64,000 bases of DNA from an uncultured Candidatus Peribacteria bacterium (GTDB taxonomy: Bacteria > Patescibacteriota > Gracilibacteria > Absconditabacterales > Absconditicoccaceae). How positions within the stretch are numbered: the first letter of the stretch is position 1; each line of letters opens with the position of its first letter. The position numbers and the translations under genes are program-made. Under the pieces are notes generated by a model. It saw only the letters and a list, made by a program, of their open reading frames with translations. It ran no database searches and was not told the origin of the DNA. The DNA is taken from positions 26,379 through 90,378 of the forward strand of contig CAYWIJ010000002.1 in the NCBI GenBank assembly GCA_964458335.1. The letters run 5' to 3'. This document shows positions 22,910-34,455 of this stretch, one piece after another.

Positions 22910-25444
22910 TTACTCTTCAGAGAAAAGTCATTCATTATTCTCTTCATCAGTAGGAGATTGTTCTTTTTGAGTTCACTCTTCAGCAAGTTTCTTAGCTTTT
23001 TCTTCAGCTTTGCGTTGTTCTTTATACGCCATATTTTCAGCTTTCTCTTCCCAAGGACGGAACATACCAAGAATAGGTTTACTGGTGATCTTTTCAGGTC
23101 AAGATCATGGAATATCGAGATAACAATCATTGGAATGAACAGTCTGTATAGATGTATCATTTAATCTCAATCTAATCGCTCCTTCATAGATACTAATACC
23201 TCATATAATATTGTCTCCCTTATCAAGATCCACTACTTGATCTCATTTTTTTGCTCTTTTTCGGAGACGGAGATCATCGATTGCAAGCATAAGAGCTTTC
23301 GTAGTAGTATGGAGTAATACAAATGGCTCATCTTGGTGTAAGAACATCGTACTGACTTGATCTTTTTCTTGAAGTTCAATAGCTTTTACTCATCACGCTG
23401 TTTTACCCATTGGTCTCAGTTCTTTCGATGGGAACATCAAGAACCAACCATCTCTTGTCGTAACTGCTACATGATCATCATCTGATACTGGTAAGACACT
23501 AAGAATTTTCTCATTTTTTCATGGTAGATTGATGATACTTGTAGGGAATTTCTTGAAAGAGAGGACGAGATTTTTATCTACTTTCTTGATATTATTATCA
23601 CTAGTAAGAAGTAATAAGTGATCAAAATCAGCATGGAGCGTCTTTGCGAAAATAACCTTTCCTTTGAGATTGAAATGTTTGTGAAAATTGAGTGGAGTAG
23701 AGTTGTATTGGAATGATCAGAGATCTTTTAATCTTTGGACAACCAGTTCTCCCTGATCCGTGATGACAATTATCTGATCTTGATTATGAGTATAGATAAG
23801 GTCAATAGTATCTTCTGGGATAACACTTACTCTTGTCTGATATAAGACTCTAAGATCAAAGCTATCACTGAGCCAGACGATCACATCTTCTTTTACCTTA
23901 TCAGCAGCATCTTCAAATGCTTTCAATGTTTTCTTAATATCTCCAGATTCTTCGACGAGGATAGTTCTACGTTCATCTCCATATGTTTTCTTTACATACT
24001 CCATTTCTTCTTTAACGACACCATCGAGAGCTACAGGATTATTGATGATATTTTCAAGATAGGTAATGAGTGCTTGTTTTTCAGCAATTTCATCGAGAAT
24101 TCTATTCAATTCAAGACCTACAAGACTTTGTAATCTCATCTGGAGGATATACTCAGCTTGTGGGTCAGAAAACTCAAATTTTTCCATCAATGCTTCTTTT
24201 GCTTCTTGCTTACTATCAGATGCTCTAATGGTAGCAATTACTTCATCAATGATATCGATCGCTCTACGAAGTCCTTCAAGAAGATGTAATCTATCTTTTG
24301 CTTTTCCAAGTTGGAATACTGATCTACGATAGACAACTTCTCTACGATAGATGACAAACTCTGAAATAAGATCAAAAATATTCAGTAGTCTTGGTTGTTT
24401 TCCTTTCTCTACGAGAGATACATTGTTAACAGGGAACGTACTTTGCAGTTCAGTCATCTTGAAGAGCTGTGCAAGTACTTTCTGAGCATTTACACCCCTA
24501 CGAAGACTAAGAGCTACTCTAATAATATTTTTTGCTGATTCATCTCTAATATCAGTAATACCATCGATTTTTTTATCAACAACTAATTCTCCGATCTTTT
24601 CTACAAGATTAGACTTGTTGACTTGATAAGGAATTTCATCAATCACAATAATATCACCATGCTTGCTTTGTTCAATATGAGTTTTACCTCTTACGACAAC
24701 AGATCCTTTTCCTCTACGATAGATTTCAAGAATACTTGCAGGATCAAAAATGAATCATCATGTAGGGAAATCTGGACCTTTTATGATTGTCATGATATCA
24801 TCTACAGTAGTTTCTTCATGATCCATATAATACAGACAAGCGTCGATCACTTCTCTGAGATTGTGAGGTGCCATATTTGTCGCCATACCTACAGCGATAC
24901 CCATCGTACCATTACAGAGATGATTTGGGAATTTCGTTGGTAAGGTGATAGGCTCATTCAGCATATTGTCAAAGTTTGGTCTTCGATCAATCGTATCTAA
25001 GTCAATATCATTCAGCATTTCGCTTGCAAGTTTCGTCAATCTTGCTTCTGTATATCTCATCGCAGCAGCACCATCTCCATCGATAGATCAGAAATTACCT
25101 TGTCCATCAACAAGTGGATATCTCATCGACCAAGGTTGTGCAAGTTTTACCATAGCATCATAGACAGAACTATCTCCATGTGGATGATACTTACCGATCA
25201 CTTCTCCGACTACTGTTGCAGATTTTCTATGTTTGCTTGTATGATTAAATCCAAGTTGATTCAGAGCGTAGAGTATCCTTCTATGTACAGGTTTCATACC
25301 ATCTCTTGTATCTGGAAGTGCACGTGATACGATTACTGACATCGCATACGTAATATATGATTCAGAAATTTCATCAGTAATATTGAGTTGTTTGATATTA
25401 CCACCTGTTTGATTGTTATCTTCAAGAAGTTGAGAATCGGACAT
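22910..25444 (-). CDS. gyrA: DNA gyrase subunit A
   Basis: [24 protein letters not shown] and GPDFPTGG (both Gly = TGA, 24755-24760). The C-terminal beta-pinwheel region was translated codon by codon down to TAA 22910-22912. 844 aa. Joins 3 track ORFs plus an unlisted 800-nt tail. Confidence 0.95.
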
Positions 25445-25660
25445 GAATAAGTTTGTAAGGTTTATAAAGTTATTGGGTTTGTAAGGTTACTAGATACTAA
25501 TTGTTAGGTATTAGGAATGAATTATCTGCTACTTTTGTTGCTTGCTACTTTTTTTACTTCTGTTGCTTTTTATTTCTAACTTCAAAATAAAAATCCTGAC
25601 GGACTATCGAGATTAGTATAGTGATGTTATGTGGATAATCAAGGTTTTTGTATCACTATT

Positions 25661-28246
25661 TTAGCTAAGATAAACCTCAGTATGAGTAGGATCTCCAAGT
25701 TGAGCAAGTTGTTCATCTACCTGTGTATCAGCTGAAGGTCCATATTCTTTTCCTATGGTTTCTATAAGAGGATTGTCTGGACGTATAAGAGTGTCTCGTG
25801 TAATATCACTGAAATTTGTCTGTTGTTCAAATGCATTGATCAGTGATTCAAATTTATTAACATCAATGGTGTTATTTTCTTCTTTACCTGGTTGTGTACC
25901 AAAACATTGTAAAAAGAGTAATAAGGATTGAGATGAAAGTCTATTATGAGATTGGAGAATAGTGAGGAGAGCATTTTTGTTTGTGATACTAGTATCTGTT
26001 TGTGATTTGAGATAAGCAGTAATACGATCATTGAAATTTTTGTCATTGAGTAATGTTTGTAGAGTAGTGAAACTCTTCGTTAGTCTTTCGTTTTCTTCCG
26101 CTGAATGAGACCCACTATTACGAATCATCTGCAATATTTTAAATGTATCGGGATGAGTTGCACGATCAATAGTTTTTTCATCACTATTCGTCTCATGTTC
26201 GTAAGCATAAAGAGTTTTATAAAATGGATTAGTTGTCTTAATATCTGTCTGTTGATAGGCACCATCACTATCCCAAACTTTCATCAGGTCAAATATAGTA
26301 TTTTGTACTTTATTTTTACTTAAACCATGTGCAATACTTGCTCTTACATCGATAAGTTTATATGCAGATTGTTGGGTTTTTTCATGAATTGTGTCTGTGA
26401 TAGTATCTAAATAAGCTTGTTGGGGATTGTCGTTGCTGGCATTGTTTTGGATAATATTACCAGAGATTGATGTGATGATATCATCGGTATAGGATTGAAA
26501 ATTATCGATGGTTCCTATTTTAATTTTTCATGGAATGATTTTGTTAGGATCAGAAGATCTGTTTTCTAGTGGACTCGTCATAAAAATCGTATTTCCTTCT
26601 ATAGTAAGTTGAATACCTTGATAAGATTTACCATGCAAATAGAGTGGAATAGTATCTTGGTCGTCACTGAGAGTAATCTCAGATGGTTTGAAACTAAAAT
26701 CTTCTAGTCCAGGTGTGTTTTGCATTAAGGAACTGATATAAGAGAGCTTCCCCTTTTTGATTTGAGTTCATAATGTAGATTCTACTTGTGGACTAGTAAA
26801 ATTATTTTTCATGAGTGGTATGATAAGGCGTTGTTCTGTGAATCTCATACATCTTTCTCTAGACATTTTTTTCATATTTACTGCTCGTGGATTTTCTTTT
26901 TTATCTGCTTTGGGAGGATACAGTGTTTGTAATACTTTATCAGGAATAGGACGATGTGGGTTGGCTTTTAGAAAATATCGTAGTATTGCATTTTTTAGTG
27001 CAACTTGTTTTCTCGATGTATCAGTAGTAGATTGTTCGATAAGAGGAAATGATATACGTCACTCGACGATATGGATCATCTTATGTAATATCTCTTCACT
27101 CTTACTTTCTTCTCGTCTAAAATCATTGAGCATAGTATCTTTTGGAAGTGGAAAAGAATTGATGAGAGAATTATCGTCAAATCCTGGTTTAGGTTTACCT
27201 TCACTGTTAGTAAAGAGAGGAGGAATTGACATTCCCTTACTATTGGTTTGATCAAAATAATTACCAAGATCAGTATCTAGACTTGCTGATTCCGATGAGG
27301 AGCTATTCTTTTCTGCTATATCAAGAGTAGGTTGCTCCATCGTCTTCATGCCTCTGTTTTTGTTTTTCCAGCTATATGGGTTATCTATCCCTAAACCATG
27401 ATAGAACGCATTTTCATCGATCTGTGATTCTTCTAAGAATGAGGCAAACGATTCTGCCTGACTTCTCTCTGTATCGGTGATGATAATCTTTGGGTTTGTT
27501 TTGGACTGTTGGAGTTTTGCGTTGAGAGCGAGATGGTAGTTGAAGAAAATAAGAGCCTTCTTTTGAGCTTGAGCTGGAGTATCTCCATTGTTTTGGAAGA
27601 TGTCTTCTAATTTGGAAACAAGACTTTCTCATTTTTGGTTTTTTATTGCATAGAGTTGTTCTCTTGTATATTTGATGGTTACTGCCTCTGGATTCTTAAT
27701 TTCCTTATAGAGGTTTGTGATTTGAATACTTCATAATTTTTTCTCTTCATTAGTAATATTCTTCACGTCATTAGTAATATTCTTCACGTCATTAGTAATA
27801 TCCTCTTTATTCTTTAATGTGCTTTTCTCTTCATTAGTAGTAACTTCTTTATCTTTTAAATCTTGCTGATTTATATCATAATATTCTGTTTTGATTATCC
27901 CAATGAGATTATTTGTATATGATGATATATTTTCATCATCGAAACCATCTCTTGCTTTTTTAATAATGTGTTTGATGTACTCTGCTAAAAGAGAAATATC
28001 TAAAGAAGGGAAGTTAATTGTTTGTTTGATTACTTCTTCTACTTGTTGTTTAGTCTGATTATCTTTATCTTCTATAGTTTTAAGAAATTTTTGTATTTTC
28101 TCTTGTTGTTCAATTTCAAGATCAGGAAATTTTTGTATGATAGTTTTTATTTGTTTATCAGAAAAACTTTCTGAAGAAGATAAAACTTTATCAGGAGTTT
28201 CTATATTTATGGGTGTTTGGATATCATTGTTTCCCATGAGTGACAC
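25661..28246 (-). CDS. large hypothetical protein (861 aa)
   Basis: Track ORFs 27731..28246, 27059..27349, 26528..26725 and 25661..26284 share one frame. I walked every codion-level gap between them and found only TGA. TAA stop 25661-25663. No domain recognised. Confidence 0.7.
27748..27805. repeat. 21-nt tandem repeat (about 2.7 copies), coding DVKNITN repeats
   Basis: cattagtaatattcttcacgt occurs twice and is followed by a partial copy. It lies in frame within the 861-aa ORF. Confidence 0.8.
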
Positions 28247-28355
28247 TAGAAGTAGAAATATTTATAAAAGTATAATTATTTTAAGAATTTATGCGAAAAA
28301 TGGAATTACAAAAAAACATCAAGCAATTGACTTGATCTATTATTATGTTTTTATA

Positions 28356-28958
28356 TTATTCTCACTTTGCTATTTTGATGATATCATTAATATTAGCAAT
28401 ATCTTCTTTATTCTTAGCAATATCTTCTTTATTCTTAGCAATATCTTTTTCATTTTGAGTAATATTATTTTTACTTTTAGCAATATCTTTTTCATTTTGA
28501 GTAATATTATTTCGGGTTGTTACTAATGTATTATAGTCATTTTGGAATCTGTTATAAATGTCTTTTTGTCATCAGAATACTTTAAATGCTTCTTTTATTT
28601 CTTTGAGTACTTGTTGGACATATTGATCCTGGTAGAGTATTGATGTCTCTTGTTTATTAAGAAATACAACGAAACTAGTTCGGAAATCTACTAATTCTTG
28701 TCATGATAATCGCATAATATCATCAGTAGATTTTGCTCCATATTTATGAAGTAGATCATCTACTTGAATTTTTACCTTTGGATCACCTAAAGAGATAGGT
28801 GTTTCGATATTTTGAGTTTGGTCTTTATTCTGAGCTATAACAGTCGGTCATCATACACTGAGCGCAAGAACTGTAAGCAGAGCTTTGATCTTGAGTCAGA
28901 AATCTTTTTTGTTTTTAGATTCTGATGAAATATTAGCTGTATTGAGAGATGATTCCAT
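28356..28958 (-). CDS. secreted/membrane-anchored repeat protein, unknown
   Basis: ATG 28958 to TAA 28356-28358, 200 aa. N-terminal hydrophobic segment LKIKALLTVLALSVGG. C-terminal repeats NNITQNEKDIAKSK x2 and NKEDIAK x2. The frame was hand-scanned. Missing from the track. Confidence 0.65.
28391..28520. repeat. nested 21-nt and 42-nt tandem repeats (coding)
   Basis: ttagcaatatcttctttattc x2, then ttagcaatatctttttcattttgagtaatattattttt x2. No spacers, and in frame with the CDS. Confidence 0.8.
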
Positions 28959-29034
28959 ATCTAACGATATAAGAAATAAAACTCACGATTCATATAGATA
29001 TATTATAACTATTTTTTTGAATTTTGCAAGAGAA

Positions 29035-29343
29035 TTATATGACACTATCCATGATCCAGTTTCCATAACCGTGGCTGGATGTACCATTTAGTCTAATAAT
29101 ACAGGGAGTATCGTCAGGGTGAACAGATTTTACGGCTTCTTTTACTAATGCCCAATTTTGTGGTTTGGTATGATAGATTGTTACAACTTCACTTCCTTTC
29201 TGAATTTTTCCATTCCATATATAGGTATTTTGGATAGGGAATAAGTGTACTCCTGATATGAGCTTTTGACGGAAAAGGTGGTCACTGACCTTATCGGCGT
29301 TGTGCTGATCGTTGTGGGTGACATAGATGAGGATGACGTCCAT
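29035..29343 (-). CDS. cutA: divalent-cation tolerance protein CutA
   Basis: 102 aa with a CutA-like pattern: VILIYVT..A..V...L...KL.., YIWNGKI.., E..V..K. Confidence 0.75.
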   Translation of the reverse strand: MDVILIYVTHNDQHNADKVSDHLFRQKLISGVHLFPIQNTYIWNGKIQKGSEVVTIYHTKPQNWALVKEAVKSVHPDDTPCIIRLNGTSSHGYGNWIMDSVI

Positions 29344-29626
29344 TATAGAAGTAGCAGGAGTAAAAGAGGTAACAAAGTAGAAGAAACAATAGGGGAGGAT
29401 AGAAGAGGTATTAGAATTTTATATTTTTTCAGAGATTGTATAATCAAGCAGAAATCCCAGAATAGATATTATAATACTCATCATACTGACTTTGAGATAT
29501 ATAATCAAGTTGTAATGCTATTATGAAGCATTGATCTGACTTCTCCACAAGATCATTTTGCTATTTTTACTATTATGATTTACAGAATTATGATTCATTG
29601 AGATACTTTTTTATTTGTTAGCTCTT

Positions 29627-30091
29627 TTATCTGTTCATCACTTTCAACTGTTCTAATACTTCTTGTGGATGAAGAGCTGGTTTTACATCTTCTCGTTTAT
29701 ACACAATATTTGCATCCTTATCAAGGAGAAATGTAGTCCTTACTACTCCCATATATTTGCGTCCATACATAGATTTTTCCTTTCGTACATCAAAACGTGG
29801 ATTACTGACCAAGACAAGATCCGTATCGGATATGAGCGGTATGGTCAGACCGTATTTTGTTTGAAATTTACAGTGACTTTCGTGGCTATCTTTACTTACG
29901 CCGATGATTTGGGTATTGAGTTTCTCAAATTCGGGTAGAAGATTGGTAAATCCTTGTGCTTCTAAGCTACATCCAGAAGTATCGTCTTTGGGATAAAAAT
30001 ACAAAACAGTAAAAGATTTCTGACTACAGAGGTCTTCCAGCGTGGTCTGGATTTGGATCTGATTGGGTTGGGTGAGGAGGAAAGGAGTCAT
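29627..30091 (-). CDS. bcp: thiol peroxidase / peroxiredoxin Bcp
   Basis: VLYFYPKDDTSGCSLEA peroxidatic Cys motif, plus IIGVSKDS. 154 aa. Confidence 0.85.
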   Translation of the reverse strand: MTPFLLTQPNQIQIQTTLEDLCSQKSFTVLYFYPKDDTSGCSLEAQGFTNLLPEFEKLNTQIIGVSKDSHESHCKFQTKYGLTIPLISDTDLVLVSNPRFDVRKEKSMYGRKYMGVVRTTFLLDKDANIVYKREDVKPALHPQEVLEQLKVMNR

Positions 30092-30187
30092 GTGAGAAAT
30101 TATAAGTTATAAATTTTGAGTTATACATTGATAATCTTAAAAATATAACTCTATAGTACAGAGTTTGGAGAAGTATTCAAGGAAAAA

Positions 30188-31228
30188 TTATTGACAAGCA
30201 GATTCGGTGATGGTGATTGTATTGTTATTATGATCAATCCTTGCTGTGACTCATAGTGGTAGTACCATCATAGGATCAGTATGACCGAAGTCCATATTAG
30301 TGATGATAGAGAGATGGGTTAGTCATAGTTCTTCATTAATAATTTTAAGTAATGTATCATCATAATTAATTTGTGATTGAGTAGTATAATTATATTGAGA
30401 TCTTCAAAGTAATATACCTTGTATTTTTTGGAGAATACCTTGAGATCATAGATTTCTAATTATTCTTTCAAATTGATTGATACTCATTTGCTCTTCTGAT
30501 GTTTCAATGAAGAGAATTTTATCGTTCCATTCATCAAGAGTAGGTCGAATACTTGTTCCTATCATAAAAGGGAAAACATCAAGACATCATCAGAGCAGTT
30601 TACCTTGTACGATACCTTCTCCTTGTAGTCGTCTTCGTGGAGTGTTTGGCATGAGATTTCTTTTGATATTTTGATTATCAGGATTTCACCAATCATAAAG
30701 TTCGTTTGTCCATCAGGATGTGTTTGGAGTAAGGAATCCAATGGGATCAGGACTAAAAAGAGATTTTTGTACATACTCAGCCATATACGGAAATATTCCT
30801 GTATTTTCACCAAATCAAGCCATGATACTTGGTCCATAAAATGATACGAGACCGGCTTTTTGACAGATAAAATGAGTGATAGTACTATCAGAATATCAGA
30901 GGAAAATTTTAGGATTATTGCGAATAATATCAAAATCGATATAGGGGAGTATTCTAATAGATTCTTCTCATCAGATGGTTGAGATGATAGCTTTGATATC
31001 TGGATTAGCAAAAGCATCCATCAAATCTTGAGCTCTTAGCTCTGGATGTTCATATACTCGTTGAGCAGATTGTAGAGTATGATTCATCTCTATCACGGTG
31101 ACTCAAAATTCTTGTTCGAGTTGTTGTTTACCGATAGCATATCTTTCTGGGCATGCTCAAGGTCATCACCATGAGAGAGATACGGTAGCTATGGTATCTC
31201 AGGGTTTGAGATGGAGAGGGTAGAGCAT
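30188..31228 (-). CDS. S66-family serine peptidase (LD-carboxypeptidase / MccF-like), copy 1
   Basis: LKPGDTIATVSLSWGG.., GYSDSTITH (nucleophile Ser), IETSEE and NMDFGHTDP (His). 346 aa. The frame was fully hand-scanned with no TAA/TAG. Composition is similar to the flanking genome. Confidence 0.85.
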
Positions 31229-31440
31229 GATAAAGCTCTTGAAAACTATAAAATATAATATAATATATATAATATATGGGAAACATTATTGTTTTTCAAT
31301 GAATAAATGCTTAGTCTAATTATAATTTAAATAAAACTATCAAATAAGTAAAGTAAGATGTTTTATATGTTTTCTTACTTGAAAAATGTTCTTTAAAACT
31401 TATACTATTCAATATATTTATTTATGATGATTTGATTGTA

Positions 31441-32433
31441 ATGATTATACCTAATAAATTAAAGAAAGGAGATGAGATAAGAATTATTGCTCCCTCTCGT
31501 AGTTGAAGTATATTTCAGGATGAATTTTTAAATTTAGCAAAAGATAAGTTAGAATTATTATGATATAAAGTTACTTTTTCAAAAAACATTTTTAATAAAG
31601 ATATTTTATGATCTTCATCAATAGAAGATAGAGTATCAGATTTGCATGATGCATTTTGAGATTCTTGTGTTAAAGCAATTATTACTATTATTGGTTGATT
31701 TAATATAAATACTATTTTGAATCATTTAGATTATAATCTTATAAAAAATAATCCCAAGATACTTTGTGGATATTCAGATATTACAGCATTACAAAATGCA
31801 CTATGGAAGAAGATATGATTAGTGACTTATTCTTGACCACATTTTTCAACATGGGCCATGAAAAAATGATTTGACTATATACAGGAATACTTTTTAAATA
31901 TTGTAACACAAGATTATCCTGTATCAATTTATCCCTCTCATGAATACAGTGAAGATAAATGGCATAAAGATCAAGATAGTAGAATATTTCTAGCGAATTG
32001 ATGATATAAAATATTAAAATATTGAATATCTACATGAAAAATTATTTGAGGTAATTTATGTACATTGAATCTATTACAATGAACAGAATATATGCCAGAT
32101 CTAAAGAATTGTATAGTATTTATTGAAGATGATAATATTGCGTGATCAGCAGGAGTGTTTGAATTTGAAAGAAATTTTCAGTCGCTTATGCAACAAAAAG
32201 ATGCTAAATATATTAAGTGATTGTTAATAGGAAGATTTCAAAAGGATGTGGATATGACAGAAGAGAAACTAAAGTATATTGTTTTATCAAAGACAGATTG
32301 ATTAGATATTCCTATTATATCAAATCTTGATTTTTGACATACATATCCTATGATTACATTTCCTATATGAGGTGTTATTTCTATAGAGGCTATTAATGAA
32401 AATGATATATCTTTAACTATAGAAACTCATTAA
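31441..32433 (+). CDS. S66-family serine peptidase (LD-carboxypeptidase / MccF-like), copy 2
   Basis: LKKGDEIRIIAPS, GYSDITAL, FIEDD and LDFGHTYP. 330 aa with about 20 in-frame TGA. Every codon was checked to TAA 32431-32433. Confidence 0.85.
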
Positions 32434-32459
32434 TAATTTAAGATTACTATACTATAATT

Positions 32460-32822
32460 ATGCAGGGCTTGTTAATAATAAAACCAGATGCTTTTAGAGA
32501 AAAAATTGATAAAGAAATACTAGATATATTATCTAATAGATGAATTGTTATAGTAAATGCTTTATATAAAGAAATATTATATGAAGATTTAAGACAATTA
32601 TATTTAATTGATATCTATCCTATGAGTATATCAGCTCATGATATTTTATTAGAAATATATTCATGATGTTCTACAATTTTAATTGTTGAATGAAATGATA
32701 TATTTAATAAATTGATGAAGGTTAAAAAAGAAATTAGGGAAAAATATAAAAAACAGTATTGATATATACATACCAGTGATAATAAACTTGAATTTGAAAG
32801 AGAAGTGAAAATTTTTATATAA
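32460..32822 (+). CDS. nucleoside-diphosphate-kinase-like small protein
   Basis: LLIIKPDAF at the N-terminus and YGYIHTSDN, which resembles the NDK NxxHGSDS catalytic-His motif. 120 aa. TAA 32820-32822 overlaps the convergent gene end. Confidence 0.6.
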
Positions 32823-34455
32823 ATAAATCTTTTATAGTAGTAATATTATCTAATAAAAGACTTTTAATGGAGTCTCTCTCATAGATTGTTCATATAAGGC
32901 TATTATCTATAGAATTATATTCTATGATTAAATGTTTTTTGTATCATTTTTTTATCATATATTTTAATATTTTTCATTTTTTATATATATTGTATGGATA
33001 TTCTTCTATGATAATATTCTCTTTAAATCTTATATAGTCTATGTATTCTCTTACTTGTTGATATTTGACATCAATAGGAATATTAATGGATATTCCAACT
33101 TTAGGTGATAATTCTAATATGTTATTTCATGTTTTTGTTTCTATAAGTTGTATGAGTCTTTCAAGACTGAATCCAATTCATGTTCATTGTATTAGAGGTC
33201 ATCATAAATTTTTTGTCATAAAATCATAAGAACCACCATCAGCTGTTTTCTTAGAAGACCCTGCAAAAATTTGATAACACAAACCATTATAAAATCAATT
33301 TCAATCTAATTTTCATAAACAAAATCTTATGTTTTTTATTCAATTATATTGCATTTTTTGAATAAAACTATTGATTTCATTTACTCTTTTTAAAAGAAAA
33401 GAGAATTTTTTGCTTAACTCTGATAACAGTTGAATACTTTGATTGTGATTGTTTCAACAAGATAGTAATCATAAAATTATCATGACCTGTTTCTCATTTA
33501 TTCAATAATTTTGAAGAAGTGTTTTTATATTATTGTGTGTTTTTTCTCTAATAATTTGATATACAATATTATCAATATCTATTTGCGATGGTTTATTGTT
33601 AAGAAAATAATAAAGTAAGTCTTTAATTATATCTAAATGGCTAATTTCTATATAGTAATCTTTTAATCAATAAATACTTAGAAACTTTAGAAAAATTGTT
33701 ATAATTTCTGTCGCTGCAAAGTCGTTATCTAATCAATATGTTTCTATTGCCAGCATCTCAAATTCTCTTTTTCTATTTTTCCCTGAACGGTAGCGATATA
33801 CGTTTCCAGAGAAGAATAGTTTAATCGGTAAATTGTCTCTAAAATTTGGATTATTGAGAATTGCGCGACTAATAGGTCAATTAATATCTGGTCTTAATAT
33901 AAGTTCACGATTAGACTTATCAAAAAATGTATATGACTTATCTCAGGGATAATAAGGTGCAGTTAATTTAAAAATATCAGAATATTCAAATATAGGAGTT
34001 TCTATTTTTTGAAATCAATGAGATCTCAGAAGCTTAAAGAAAGAATGTTTTAAATGTTCTGCTTTTTGTAAATATTCATCATTTAGATCACTTGTTCCAC
34101 GAGGAGTTTGTATTTTATTTTTATCTCTTATAACTTTAAATGATTGATAAAATTTATTTTTTTCATCCCAAATATATTGATTGATTTCTTGTATGATCTT
34201 ATTATCTGATAATTCAATACTATTAATAATATTAGATTTATAAGTATTTATAATATTAGTAATTTGTACACAAAATAAATTTCTATCACTTCAATTTACA
34301 TCTAATGTGTCTATTAGTTTATAAATATTTATACAAGCTTCATCTAATATAGATTGTATATTTTTTTTATGTTCTTGTAAAATAAGGAATTGTTTTGAAA
34401 AATTTATGAAAGATTCATTAATAAATAATTTTAAATGATCTTTATTATTTATCAT
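32815..34455 (-). CDS. divergent HisRS-like class II aaRS paralogue with N-terminal extension
   Basis: 546 aa, all codons hand-scanned. PRGTSDL, IETPIFE, LILRPDINGPISR, KREFEMLAIETYG and GIGFSLERL match the HisRS/HisZ fold. Catalytic signatures are altered: GNGFYNGL replaces RGLDYYTG, and GGSYDF replaces GGRYD. The N-terminal extension is about 115 aa. Confidence 0.75.

Noticed and set aside
22910-25444. The fragmented gyrA (and likewise leuS, dnaX, murD, pilB and the P-type ATPase) could be read as pseudogenes or a badly assembled region.
   Set aside because: All fragments of each gene share one reading frame. The only interruptions are TGA. Those TGAs coincide with invariant glycines, so this is recoding rather than decay.
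28391-28520. Regularly spaced direct repeats that might suggest a CRISPR array.
   Set aside because: The repeats are contiguous with no unique spacers, have 21/42-nt periodicity, are in frame and encode peptide repeats inside a CDS.
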